From sequence record NZ_CP103541.1: a DNA stretch of 64,000 nucleotides; one strand, written 5' to 3'. The notes beneath the pieces were generated by a model that was given only the letters and a program-made list of their open reading frames with translations, was not told where the DNA came from and ran no database searches. Position 1 is the stretch's first letter. Every line of letters begins with the position of its first letter. A program made the position numbers and the translations under genes. Positions 53,645-64,000 of the stretch are shown here, in pieces. This DNA is from a plasmid.

Positions 53645-55004
53645 ACCTCTTCTGGTTCTTTGTGCTGCTTTACTGACGGTCACACCCGCAGCGTCAGCGG
53701 ATGTGAACAGCGACATGAATCAGTTCTTTAACAAGCTGGGCTTCGCCTCCAATACCACCCAGCCGGGCGTCTGGCAGGGGCAGGCCGCCGGCTATGCTTA
53801 CGGTGGCTCCCTGTATGCCCGTACTCAGGTTAAAAATGTTCATCTGATTTCCATGACGCTGCCGGATATCAATGCCGGATGTGGCGGCATCGACGCCTAT
53901 CTCGGCTCGTTCAGCTTTATTAATAGCGAGCAGTTGCAGCGTTTTGTTAAGCAGATTATGAGCAATGCTGCCGGTTACTTCTTTGACCTTGCCCTGCAGA
54001 CAACGGTGCCGGAAATCAAAACCGCAAAAGACTTCCTGCAGAAAATGGCAAGCGACATTAACAGTATGAACCTCAGTTCCTGCCAGGCGGCACAGGGGAT
54101 TATCGGCGGGCTTTTCCCCCGGACGCAGGTGTCCCAGCAGAAAGTCTGTCAGGACATTGCCGGTGAGAGCAATATTTTTGCTGACTGGGCTGCTTCCCGG
54201 CAGGGATGTACCGTTGGCGGGAAATCTGACAGCGTCAGGGATAAAGCCAGCGACAAGGATAAGGAGCGGGTGACCAAAAACATCAACATCATGTGGAATG
54301 CGCTTTCCAAAAACAGAATGTTTGACGGCAACAAAGAGCTGAAAGAGTTTGTGATGACGCTGACCGGCTCACTGGTGTTTGGTCCCAACGGCGAAATCAC
54401 ACCGCTATCGGCCAGAACCACTGACCGCTCAATTATCCGGGCCATGATGGAAGGCGGTACAGCAAAAATTTATCACTGCAACGATTCTGACAAATGCCTG
54501 AAAGTGGTGGCAGACACACCGGTGACCATCAGCCGGGATAATGCACTGAAGTCTCAGATTACTAAACTTCTGGCCAGCATTCAGAACAAGGCTGTCAGTG
54601 ACACGCCTCTGGATGACAAGGAAAAAGGCTTTATTTCCAGTACCACCATCCCCGTCTTCAAATACCTGGTTGACCCGCAGATGCTCGGTGTTTCCAACAG
54701 TATGATTTACCAGCTGACGGACTATATCGGTTACGACATCCTGCTGCAGTACATTCAGGAGCTGATACAGCAGGCCCGGGCGATGGTGGCCACGGGAAAT
54801 TATGACGAAGCAGTTATCGAACATATTAACGACAATATTAATGATGCCACCCGGCAGATTGCGGCGTTTCAGTCACAGGTACAGGTGCAGCAGGATGCGC
54901 TGCTGGTCGTCGATCGTCAGATGAGCTACATGCGTCAGCAGCTTTCCGCCCGCATGCTCAGTCGTTACCAGAACAACTATCACTTCGGAGGGAGCACGCT
55001 GTGA
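53628..55004 (+). CDS. traH: TraH
   Basis: 458 aa with signal peptide. F gene order. Confidence 0.9.
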   Translation: MMPRIKPLLVLCAALLTVTPAASADVNSDMNQFFNKLGFASNTTQPGVWQGQAAGYAYGGSLYARTQVKNVHLISMTLPDINAGCGGIDAYLGSFSFINSEQLQRFVKQIMSNAAGYFFDLALQTTVPEIKTAKDFLQKMASDINSMNLSSCQAAQGIIGGLFPRTQVSQQKVCQDIAGESNIFADWAASRQGCTVGGKSDSVRDKASDKDKERVTKNINIMWNALSKNRMFDGNKELKEFVMTLTGSLVFGPNGEITPLSARTTDRSIIRAMMEGGTAKIYHCNDSDKCLKVVADTPVTISRDNALKSQITKLLASIQNKAVSDTPLDDKEKGFISSTTIPVFKYLVDPQMLGVSNSMIYQLTDYIGYDILLQYIQELIQQARAMVATGNYDEAVIEHINDNINDATRQIAAFQSQVQVQQDALLVVDRQMSYMRQQLSARMLSRYQNNYHFGGSTL

Positions 55005-57826
55005 ATGAAGTTTATGTGATTGCCGGTGGTGAATGGTTGCGGAATAACCTGAACGCCATTGCCGCCTTTATGGGAACCAGGACGTGGGATTCCATTGAAA
55101 AAATTGCTCTCACCCTGTCTGTTGTTGCGGTGGCCTTTATGTGGGTACAGCGCCATAACGTGATGGATTTGCTGGGCTGGGCGGCGGTGTTTGTACTTAT
55201 CAGCCTGCTGGTTAATATCCGTACGTCGGTGCAGATTATTGATAACAGTGACCTGGTCAAAGTCCATCGGGTGGATAATGTGCCGGTCGGACTGGCGATG
55301 CCACTTTCACTGACGACCCGTATCGGGCATGCAATGGTGGCCAGTTACGAGATGATCTACACGCAACCGGACAGTTTCACCTACAGCAAAACGGGGATGC
55401 TGTTTGGCGCAGAACTGGTATCAAAAAGCACCGACTTTTTGTCCCGCAATCCGGAAATCGCCAATCTTTTTCAGGATTATGTGCAGAACTGTGTGATGGG
55501 GGATATTTACCTGAACCACAAATACACGCTGGAGGAGCTGATGGCCTCCAATGATCCCTACACGCTGATTTTTTCCCGCCCCAGTCCGCTGCGGGGCGTT
55601 TATGACAGCAATAATAATTTCGTGACCTGTAAGGACGCGTCGGTTTCGCTGAAAGACAAGCTGAATCTGGACACACAGAGTGGCGGAAAAACCTGGCATT
55701 ATTATGCCCAGCAGTTATTTGGTGGTCGCCCTGATCCGAACCTGTTGTTCAGTACGCTGATTGGCGACAGTTACCGTTACTTCTATGACTCAAGTAAATC
55801 AGCCAGCCAGATCATCCGCCAGAATGTCACCATTAATGCGCTGAAGGAGGGGATCACCAGTTATGCAGCACGTAATGGTGACTCAGCCAGCCTGGTGAAT
55901 CTGGCCACCACGTCATCGATGGAGAAGCAACGTCTGGCACATGTCTCCATCGGTCATGTGGCGATGCGGACACTGCCCATGACGCAGACCATCCTGACGG
56001 GGATCGCCATCGGTATTTTCCCGCTCCTGGTACTGGCGGCTGTCTTCAACAAACTGACGCTGTCTGTCCTGAAAGGCTATGTGTTTGCCCTGATGTGGTT
56101 GCAGTCATGGCCAATGTTGTACGCCATTCTGAACAGCGCCATGACATTTTATGCGAAGCAGAATGGTGCACCGGTGGTGCTCTCGGAAATTTCACAGATA
56201 CAGCTGAAATACTCCGATCTGGCTTCCACTGCCGGGTATCTTTCCATGATGATCCCGCCATTATCCTGGATGATGGTCAGGGGACTCGGGGCCGGATTTT
56301 CCAGTGTGTACAGCCATTTCGCTTCCTCTGCTATCAGCCCGACCGCCAGTGCGGCAGGCAGTGTGGTTGACGGTAATTACTCCTACGGCAACATGCAGAC
56401 GGAAAACGTGAACGGCTTCAGCTGGAGCACCAACAGCACCACGTCGTTTGGTCAGATGATGTACCAGACCGGCAGTGGTGCAACCACCACACAGACCCGT
56501 GACGGTAATATGGTGATGGATGCAAGCGGAGCGATGTCCCGGTTACCGGTTGGTATCAATGCAACGCGTCAGATTGCAGCGGCACAACAGGAAATGGCCC
56601 GGGAGGCATCGAACAGAGCAGAAAGCGCCCTGCATGGGTTCAGCAGCAGTATTGCCAGTGCCTGGAACTCGCTCAGTCAGTTTGGTTCTAACCGGGGGAG
56701 CAGTGATTCTGTCACAGGTGGTGCTGACAGCACGATGAGCGCACAGGATTCCATGATGGCCAGCCGTATGCGCAGTGCAGTGGAAAGCTATGCGAAGGCG
56801 CATAATATCAGTAATGAGCAGGCGACTCAGGAACTGGCATCAACAAGTACCAGGCTATCTGGTGGAATGTATGCTGATGCTCATGCTGAATGGGGGGTTA
56901 AACCTAAAATTCTTGGTGTTGGTGGTGGGGTAGGCATCAGAGGTGGATTTAAGGGGAGCTTGGATGCAACGGATGATGACTCACATTCAGCAAGTAGTGG
57001 CAGCAGGGCTACCCATGATGCTCGCCATGATATCGATGCCAGAGCTACACAAGACTTTAAAGAGGCCAGCGATTACTTTACCAGTCGCAAAGTCAGTGAA
57101 TCCGGCAGCCATACTGACAATAATGCTGATTCCCGTGTGGACCAGCTGTCTGCAGCCCTGAATTCAGCGAAACAGAGTTACGATCAGTACACGACGAATA
57201 TGACCCGCAGCCATGAATATGCTGAAATGGCATCCCGTACTGAAAGCATGAGTGGGCAGATGAGTGAAGATCTGTCGCAACAGTTTGCACAGTATGTGAT
57301 GAAACACGCACCGCAGGATGCCGAAGCTATTCTGACAAACACCAGTTCACCGGAGATTGCAGAACGCCGTCGGGCGATGGCATGGTCTTTTGTTCAGGAA
57401 CAGGTGCAGCCTGGTGTTGATAATGCCTGGCGTGAATCCCGTGGGGATATTGGTAAAGGAATGGAGAGCGTACCTTCGGGTGGTGGCAGCCAGGATATTA
57501 TTGCTGACCATCAGGGGCATCAGGCCATTATTGATCAAAGAACGCAGGACAGTAATATCCGTAATGATGTAAAACATCAGGTTGATAATATGGTCACAGA
57601 ATATAAAGGGAATATCGGAGATACTCAGAATAGTATTCATGGCGAAGAAAATATTGTAGACAGACAATATTCAGAGTTAAAAAATAATCACAAACAGGAA
57701 GAAATTCAACAAAACAACAGATATAATGAAGAAAATAAACGACAGAAATTAATACCAACACCGTCTGAAGATGCGTTAAAACAGATGGTGGATGATAAGA
57801 AAGAACGATTGAAGGGGCCATTATGA
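55001..57826 (+). CDS. traG: TraG (pilus assembly/mating-pair stabilisation, VirB6-like N-terminal domain)
   Basis: 941 aa, polytopic N-terminal half. Confidence 0.9.
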   Translation: MNEVYVIAGGEWLRNNLNAIAAFMGTRTWDSIEKIALTLSVVAVAFMWVQRHNVMDLLGWAAVFVLISLLVNIRTSVQIIDNSDLVKVHRVDNVPVGLAMPLSLTTRIGHAMVASYEMIYTQPDSFTYSKTGMLFGAELVSKSTDFLSRNPEIANLFQDYVQNCVMGDIYLNHKYTLEELMASNDPYTLIFSRPSPLRGVYDSNNNFVTCKDASVSLKDKLNLDTQSGGKTWHYYAQQLFGGRPDPNLLFSTLIGDSYRYFYDSSKSASQIIRQNVTINALKEGITSYAARNGDSASLVNLATTSSMEKQRLAHVSIGHVAMRTLPMTQTILTGIAIGIFPLLVLAAVFNKLTLSVLKGYVFALMWLQSWPMLYAILNSAMTFYAKQNGAPVVLSEISQIQLKYSDLASTAGYLSMMIPPLSWMMVRGLGAGFSSVYSHFASSAISPTASAAGSVVDGNYSYGNMQTENVNGFSWSTNSTTSFGQMMYQTGSGATTTQTRDGNMVMDASGAMSRLPVGINATRQIAAAQQEMAREASNRAESALHGFSSSIASAWNSLSQFGSNRGSSDSVTGGADSTMSAQDSMMASRMRSAVESYAKAHNISNEQATQELASTSTRLSGGMYADAHAEWGVKPKILGVGGGVGIRGGFKGSLDATDDDSHSASSGSRATHDARHDIDARATQDFKEASDYFTSRKVSESGSHTDNNADSRVDQLSAALNSAKQSYDQYTTNMTRSHEYAEMASRTESMSGQMSEDLSQQFAQYVMKHAPQDAEAILTNTSSPEIAERRRAMAWSFVQEQVQPGVDNAWRESRGDIGKGMESVPSGGGSQDIIADHQGHQAIIDQRTQDSNIRNDVKHQVDNMVTEYKGNIGDTQNSIHGEENIVDRQYSELKNNHKQEEIQQNNRYNEENKRQKLIPTPSEDALKQMVDDKKERLKGPL

Positions 57827-58332
57827 TCACTCACTATGATATAAAAATGGAGATGCAAAAACTAAAGGAGGTACTCTCTGTAGAGGGTGTTAATATCCCA
57901 TCATTATTACAAGTCATAAAGCCGGGAACTTATGTGTTTTTATGGGTTTTATTATGGCCAACTTTTCTGCGTTTAGTATCGGTTAAAAGTGATGTCAGGG
58001 ATGTTGGCTTTGATATATGTGCTAGTGGAATGATGGGGTTCCTGCTTTTTGTGGCTATTACAAATGGAATGATGTTATACCTTGCGATTCCTGATAGTTT
58101 CAGAAAGGATTCAAAAATAATAAATTTTATGTATTCTAAGAGTAAGACATATATTTTGTTGTTTTTGATTGTTTTTTCTATGGTTTCGTTTATGCATTCT
58201 ATCTTATATGTTTTTGCACTAATGATTACATTCATATTATTTTTCTTGGTGTATACCATAGATATAAATCGTTATAATCTCTCAGCAATAGTCTCAGTAA
58301 TAGGACTGTTCAAAAAAGAGTCTGTTAGTTAA
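57823..58332 (+). CDS. traS: TraS entry-exclusion protein
   Basis: 169-aa hydrophobic, AT-rich ORF between traG and traT. Confidence 0.75.
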   Translation: MITHYDIKMEMQKLKEVLSVEGVNIPSLLQVIKPGTYVFLWVLLWPTFLRLVSVKSDVRDVGFDICASGMMGFLLFVAITNGMMLYLAIPDSFRKDSKIINFMYSKSKTYILLFLIVFSMVSFMHSILYVFALMITFILFFLVYTIDINRYNLSAIVSVIGLFKKESVS

Positions 58333-58345
58333 AAGGATATTTTGG

Positions 58346-59077
58346 ATGAAAACAAAAAAATTGATGATGGTTGCACTGGTCAGTTCCACTCTGGCCCTTT
58401 CAGGGTGTGGTGCGATGAGCACAGCAATCAAGAAGCGTAACCTTGAGGTGAAGACTCAGATGAGTGAGACCATCTGGCTTGAACCCGCCAGCGAACGCAC
58501 GGTATTTCTGCAGATCAAAAACACGTCTGATAAAGACATGAGTGGGCTGCAGGGCAAAATTGCTGATGCTGTGAAAGCAAAAGGGTATCAGGTGGTGACT
58601 TCTCCGGATAAAGCCTACTACTGGATTCAGGCGAATGTGCTGAAGGCCGATAAGATGGATCTGCGGGAGTCTCAGGGATGGCTGAACCGTGGTTATGAAG
58701 GCGCAGCAGTTGGTGCAGCGTTAGGTGCCGGTATCACCGGATATAATTCCAGTTCTGCCGGTGCCACACTCGGTGTGGGCCTTGCTGCCGGTCTGGTGGG
58801 TATGGCTGCAGATGCGATGGTGGAAGATGTGAACTATACCATGATCACGGATGTGCAGATTGCAGAGCGTACTAAGGCAACGGTGACAACGGATAATGTT
58901 GCCGCCCTGCGTCAGGGCACATCAGGTGCGAAAATTCAGACCAGTACTGAAACAGGTAACCAGCATAAATACCAGACCCGTGTGGTCTCAAATGCGAACA
59001 AGGTTAACCTGAAATTTGAAGAGGCGAAGCCTGTTCTCGAAGACCAGCTGGCCAAATCAATCGCAAATATTCTCTGA
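58346..59077 (+). CDS. traT: TraT surface-exclusion/serum-resistance lipoprotein
   Basis: [47 protein letters not shown] matches TraT. Confidence 0.95.
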   Translation: MKTKKLMMVALVSSTLALSGCGAMSTAIKKRNLEVKTQMSETIWLEPASERTVFLQIKNTSDKDMSGLQGKIADAVKAKGYQVVTSPDKAYYWIQANVLKADKMDLRESQGWLNRGYEGAAVGAALGAGITGYNSSSAGATLGVGLAAGLVGMAADAMVEDVNYTMITDVQIAERTKATVTTDNVAALRQGTSGAKIQTSTETGNQHKYQTRVVSNANKVNLKFEEAKPVLEDQLAKSIANIL

Positions 59078-59328
59078 TTATCTTCCGGAGGCTGGTCTGA
59101 CCGGCCTCCTGACTGACGCCTCGCTTTGCTCGTTGTCCAACCCCGGAAAGAAATAAAATAAATTTTATTTCTCCCCGGCGTTTCCGAAATAAATATGAAA
59201 ACACTGAGCGGTTGTGCAAATTCTTTGTGCGACCGTGAAGTGTTGCCGGCGAAGCCGGAATTTAACGGTTATTAATCTTTTCATCATTAATAATCAGTCC
59301 GACTGACTTTTTTCTTCGGAATATCATC

Positions 59329-61518
59329 ATGAGTTTTAACGCAAAGGATATGACCCAGGGCGGTCAGATTGCGTCCATGCGTATCCGCATGTTCAGCCAG
59401 ATCGCCAATATCATGCTTTACTGCCTGTTTATTTTTTTCTGGATACTCGTTGGTCTGGTTTTATGGGTAAAAATAAGCTGGCAGACGTTTGTGAACGGCT
59501 GTATTTACTGGTGGTGTACCACGCTGGAAGGCATGCGGGATTTAATCAAGTCCCAGCCGGTATATGAGATCCAGTATTACGGCAAAACCTTCCGGATGAA
59601 CGCTGCTCAGGTACTGCATGATAAATATATGATTTGGTGCGGAGAGCAGCTATGGTCCGCATTCGTTCTGGCCACAGTTGTGGCACTGGTTATTTGCCTG
59701 ATTACCTTCTTTGTTGTCTCCTGGATTCTGGGGCGTCAGGGTAAACAACAGAGCGAAAATGAAGTCACAGGTGGTCGTCAGCTGACAGACAATCCGAAAG
59801 ACGTTGCCCGGATGCTGAAAAAAGACGACAAGGACTCCGATATCCGGATTGGCGACCTGCCGATTATCCGGGATTCTGAAATCCAGAACTTCTGTCTGCA
59901 CGGCACGGTCGGGGCCGGTAAGTCGGAAGTTATCCGTCGTCTGGCCAACTACGCCCGTAAGCGCGGTGATATGGTGGTGATTTATGACCGTTCAGGGGAA
60001 TTTGTTAAAAGTTACTATGATCCCTCCATCGATAAAATCCTGAATCCGCTGGATGCCCGCTGTGCCGCATGGGATTTATGGAAGGAGTGTCTGACACAGC
60101 CGGATTTTGATAATACGGCAAATACCCTGATCCCGATGGGCACAAAAGAGGACCCGTTCTGGCAGGGTTCAGGACGTACCATTTTTGCGGAAGCGGCGTA
60201 CCTGATGCGTAATGACCCCAACCGCAGCTACAGCAAACTGGTGGACACTCTGCTTTCCATCAAAATCGAAAAACTGCGTACCTTCCTGCGTAATTCACCG
60301 GCGGCCAACCTGGTGGAAGAGAAAATCGAGAAAACGGCGATTTCCATCCGTGCTGTGCTGACCAACTACGTGAAAGCCATCCGTTACCTGCAGGGGATTG
60401 AGCATAACGGTGAGCCCTTCACCATCCGTGACTGGATGCGTGGTGTCCGGGAAGATCAGAAAAACGGCTGGCTGTTTATCTCATCGAACGCCGACACCCA
60501 TGCCTCCCTGAAGCCGGTGATCTCCATGTGGCTGTCCATTGCCATTCGTGGTCTGCTGGCAATGGGAGAAAACCGTAAACGTCGTGTGTGGTTTTTCTGT
60601 GACGAGTTACCCACGTTACACAAACTGCCTGACCTGGTGGAGATCCTGCCGGAAGCCCGTAAGTTCGGTGGCTGTTATGTGTTTGGTATCCAGTCCTATG
60701 CCCAGCTGGAAGATATCTACGGTGAGAAAGCGGCTGCCACGTTGTTTGACGTCATGAACACCCGTGCCTTTTTCCGTTCTCCCAGCCATAAGATTGCAGA
60801 GTTCGCTGCCGGTGAGATTGGTGAGAAAGAGCACCTGAAAGCCAGCGAGCAGTATTCCTACGGTGCTGATCCGGTACGTGACGGGGTATCGACCGGTAAG
60901 GATATGGAGCGCCAGACGCTGGTCAGTTATTCCGACATTCAGTCTCTGCCGGATCTGACCTGTTATGTCACCCTGCCCGGACCGTATCCGGCAGTAAAAC
61001 TCTCTCTGAAATATCAGACACGACCGAAGGTCGCTCCGGAGTTTATTCCGCGTGACATCAACCCGGAAATGGAGAACCGCCTGAGTGCCGTACTTGCCGC
61101 AAGGGAAGCAGAAGGTCGTCAGATAGCCAGCCTCTTCGAACCGGATGTCCCGGAGGTTGTTTCCGGAGAAGACGTGACTCAGGCTGAACAGCCGCAACAG
61201 CCGCAACAGCCGCAACAGCCGCAACAGCCGCAACAGCCGGTGTCTCCTGCCATCAACGATAAGAAGTCAGATTCAGGTGTGAATGTTCCGGCAGGGGGGA
61301 TCGAGCAGGAGCTGAAAATGAAACCGGAAGAAGAGATGGAACAGCAACTGCCACCCGGGATCAGTGAATCCGGTGAAGTGGTGGATATGGCCGCTTATGA
61401 GGCATGGCAACAGGAAAATCATCCGGACACCCAGCAGCAGATGCAGCGTCGTGAAGAGGTGAACATTAATGTGCACCGGGAGCGCGGGGAGGATGTTGAG
61501 CCGGGAGATGATTTCTGA
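59329..61518 (+). CDS. traD: TraD type IV coupling protein
   Basis: [31 protein letters not shown]-terminal QQP repeats. Confidence 0.95.
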   Translation: MSFNAKDMTQGGQIASMRIRMFSQIANIMLYCLFIFFWILVGLVLWVKISWQTFVNGCIYWWCTTLEGMRDLIKSQPVYEIQYYGKTFRMNAAQVLHDKYMIWCGEQLWSAFVLATVVALVICLITFFVVSWILGRQGKQQSENEVTGGRQLTDNPKDVARMLKKDDKDSDIRIGDLPIIRDSEIQNFCLHGTVGAGKSEVIRRLANYARKRGDMVVIYDRSGEFVKSYYDPSIDKILNPLDARCAAWDLWKECLTQPDFDNTANTLIPMGTKEDPFWQGSGRTIFAEAAYLMRNDPNRSYSKLVDTLLSIKIEKLRTFLRNSPAANLVEEKIEKTAISIRAVLTNYVKAIRYLQGIEHNGEPFTIRDWMRGVREDQKNGWLFISSNADTHASLKPVISMWLSIAIRGLLAMGENRKRRVWFFCDELPTLHKLPDLVEILPEARKFGGCYVFGIQSYAQLEDIYGEKAAATLFDVMNTRAFFRSPSHKIAEFAAGEIGEKEHLKASEQYSYGADPVRDGVSTGKDMERQTLVSYSDIQSLPDLTCYVTLPGPYPAVKLSLKYQTRPKVAPEFIPRDINPEMENRLSAVLAAREAEGRQIASLFEPDVPEVVSGEDVTQAEQPQQPQQPQQPQQPQQPVSPAINDKKSDSGVNVPAGGIEQELKMKPEEEMEQQLPPGISESGEVVDMAAYEAWQQENHPDTQQQMQRREEVNINVHRERGEDVEPGDDF

Positions 61519-64000
61519 TGATGAGTATCGCACAGGTCAGATCGGCCGGAAGTGCCGGTAACTATTATACCGACAAGGATAATTACTATGTACTGGGCAG
61601 CATGGGAGAACGCTGGGCCGGCAGGGGGGCTGAACAGCTGGGACTGCAGGGCAGTGTCGATAAGGATGTTTTTACCCGTCTTCTGGAGGGAAGGCTGCCG
61701 GACGGAGCGGATCTAAGCCGCATGCAGGATGGCAGTAATAAGCATCGTCCCGGCTACGACCTGACCTTCTCCGCCCCCAAAAGTGTCTCCATGATGGCCA
61801 TGTTAGGTGGCGATAAGCGCCTGATTGATGCACATAACCAGGCCGTGGACTTTGCTGTTCGTCAGGTGGAGGCGCTGGCCTCCACACGGGTGATGACGGA
61901 CGGACAGTCAGAAACGGTACTGACCGGTAATCTGGTGATGGCACTGTTTAACCACGACACCAGTCGCGATCAGGAACCACAGTTACACACGCATGCGGTG
62001 GTAGCTAATGTCACGCAGCATAACGGTGAGTGGAAGACACTGAGCAGTGACAAAGTGGGGAAAACGGGGTTCATTGAGAATGTGTACGCTAATCAGATTG
62101 CCTTTGGCAGGCTCTACCGGGAAAAACTGAAAGAGCAGGTTGAGGCGCTGGGCTATGAAACGGAAGTGGTGGGTAAGCACGGTATGTGGGAAATGCCGGG
62201 CGTACCGGTGGAGGCCTTTTCCGGACGCTCACAGACTATCCGGGAGACCGTCGGGGAGGACGCCTCGCTGAAATCCCGGGATGTGGCGGCGCTGGATACG
62301 CGTAAATCCAAACAGCACGTCGATCCTGAAATCAAAATGACCGAGTGGATGCAGACGCTGAAGGAAACCGGGTTCGATATCCGGGCGTATCGTGACGCAG
62401 CGGAACAACGGGCATATACCCGCACGCAGACACCCGGACCAGCTTCACAGGACGGGCCGGATGTGCAGCAGGCGGTGACACAGGCGATTGCCGGATTAAG
62501 TGAACGCAAAGTGCAGTTTACGTACACGGACGTGCTGGCCAGGACGGTCGGCATACTGCCGCCGGAAGCCGGTGTGATTGAGCGGGCACGCGCCGGTATC
62601 GATGAGGCCATCAGCCGTGAGCAGCTTATCCCCCTCGATCGTGAGAAGGGGATGTTCACGTCCGGGATTCATGTGCTCGATGAGCTGTCAGTCCGGGCAC
62701 TCAGTCGTGACATCATGAAACAGAACCGGGTGACCGTACATCCGGAGAAAAGTGTCCCCCGGACGGCCGGTTACAGCGATGCCGTCAGTGTTCTGGCACA
62801 GGATCGCCCGTCGCTGGCCATTGTGTCCGGGCAGGGCGGTGCAGCCGGGCAGCGTGAGCGGGTGGCTGAACTGGCAATGATGGCCCGGGAGCAGGGGCGG
62901 GAGGTGCAGATTATCGCCGCTGACCGTCGCTCGCAGATGAACCTGAAGCAGGATGAACGGCTGTCCGGTGAGCTGATAACCGGACGTCGTCAGCTGCAGG
63001 AGGGCATGGCCTTCACGCCGGGCAGTACCGTTATCGTCGACCAGGGCGAAAAACTCTCCCTGAAAGAGACGTTAACCCTGCTGGACGGTGCCGCACGTCA
63101 TAACGTACAGGTCCTGATAACCGACAGCGGGCAGCGAACCGGTACAGGCAGTGCGCTGATGGCCATGAAGTATGCCGGGGTGAACACGTATCGCTGGCAG
63201 GGCGGAGAACAGCGACCGGCAACCATCATCAGTGAACCGGACCGGAATGTCCGCTATGACCGGCTGGCCGGAGATTTTGCGGCCAGCGTGAAAGCCGGAG
63301 AAGAGAGCGTGGCACAGGTCAGCGGGGTACGGGAACAGGCCATACTGACACAGGCCATTCGCAGTGAGCTGAAAACACAGGGCGTGCTCGGACACCCGGA
63401 GGTGACCATGACCGCCCTGTCACCGGTCTGGCTGGACAGCCGGAGCCGTTATCTGCGGGATATGTACCGACCGGGGATGGTGATGGAGCAGTGGAACCCG
63501 GAGACACGCAGTCATGACCGCTATGTTATCGACCGGGTGACGGCGCAGAGTCACAGCCTGACCCTGCGGGATGCGCAGGGCGAAACGCAGGTGGTGCGTA
63601 TTTCCTCCCTGGACAGCAGCTGGTCGCTGTTCCGGCCGGAAAAAATGCCGGTGGCAGACGGCGAGCGACTGAGGGTGACAGGGAAAATTCCCGGACTCCG
63701 CGTCTCCGGCGGTGACCGCCTGCAGGTGGCATCCGTCAGTGAAGATGCGATGACGGTTGTTGTGCCGGGGCGGGCTGAACCGGCCACCCTGCCTGTGGCT
63801 GATTCACCGTTCACGGCACTGAAGCTGGAGAACGGCTGGGTGGAAACGCCCGGGCATTCCGTCAGTGACAGTGCGACGGTGTTTGCCTCCGTCACACAGA
63901 TGGCAATGGACAACGCCACCCTGAACGGTCTGGCCCGCAGCGGTCGTGATGTCCGGCTGTATTCCTCACTGGATGAAACCCGTACTGCGGAAAAACTTGC
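61518..64000 (+). CDS. traI: TraI relaxase/helicase, 5' portion (continues beyond the window)
   Basis: [35 protein letters not shown]. The ATG overlaps the traD stop. The ORF is open to the window end. Confidence 0.95.
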   Translation, partial: MMSIAQVRSAGSAGNYYTDKDNYYVLGSMGERWAGRGAEQLGLQGSVDKDVFTRLLEGRLPDGADLSRMQDGSNKHRPGYDLTFSAPKSVSMMAMLGGDKRLIDAHNQAVDFAVRQVEALASTRVMTDGQSETVLTGNLVMALFNHDTSRDQEPQLHTHAVVANVTQHNGEWKTLSSDKVGKTGFIENVYANQIAFGRLYREKLKEQVEALGYETEVVGKHGMWEMPGVPVEAFSGRSQTIRETVGEDASLKSRDVAALDTRKSKQHVDPEIKMTEWMQTLKETGFDIRAYRDAAEQRAYTRTQTPGPASQDGPDVQQAVTQAIAGLSERKVQFTYTDVLARTVGILPPEAGVIERARAGIDEAISREQLIPLDREKGMFTSGIHVLDELSVRALSRDIMKQNRVTVHPEKSVPRTAGYSDAVSVLAQDRPSLAIVSGQGGAAGQRERVAELAMMAREQGREVQIIAADRRSQMNLKQDERLSGELITGRRQLQEGMAFTPGSTVIVDQGEKLSLKETLTLLDGAARHNVQVLITDSGQRTGTGSALMAMKYAGVNTYRWQGGEQRPATIISEPDRNVRYDRLAGDFAASVKAGEESVAQVSGVREQAILTQAIRSELKTQGVLGHPEVTMTALSPVWLDSRSRYLRDMYRPGMVMEQWNPETRSHDRYVIDRVTAQSHSLTLRDAQGETQVVRISSLDSSWSLFRPEKMPVADGERLRVTGKIPGLRVSGGDRLQVASVSEDAMTVVVPGRAEPATLPVADSPFTALKLENGWVETPGHSVSDSATVFASVTQMAMDNATLNGLARSGRDVRLYSSLDETRTAEKL

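Overview
This window is an IncF (F-like, RepFIA) conjugative plasmid segment, read from the start codon of repE through the leading region and oriT and about 28 kb of the tra operon, ending inside traI. Left to right it contains: RepE with incC iterons; sopA and sopB with the sopC 43-bp repeat centromere; a leading-region island of small conserved ORFs (two orphan DNA methyltransferases, a KlcA/ArdB antirestriction gene and several unknown proteins); four copies of a GC-rich repeat of about 570 bp that I interpret as Frpo/ssi-type single-strand promoters; oriT; and traM, finP, traJ, traY, traA through traD and traI in F gene order. The leading region is heavily rearranged. A group II intron (HNH-type RT) sits at the edge of one Frpo-like copy and is itself split by IS629 with a 3-bp ATC target duplication. 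The slot where ssb, psiB and psiA are expected holds an AT-rich orphan fragment, IS2, a 5'-truncated P4-type integrase, a solo IS2 end, the complete raffinose operon rafRABDY, IS1, a K+-channel-like gene, an Fe-ADH fragment and an IS110-family transposase fragment. Only a psiA 3' remnant survives. IS150, with a CCA target duplication, is inserted in the hok/sok (flm) leader and separates the hok promoter and sok from mok and hok. Candidate undescribed biology is concentrated in the leading-region ORFs downstream of the Frpo copies: a 76-aa ORF, a 453-aa ORF, a methyltransferase, the 4324-5250 ORF, a 95-aa ORF, and a pair of paralogous small genes, one of which has a start-proximal frameshift.
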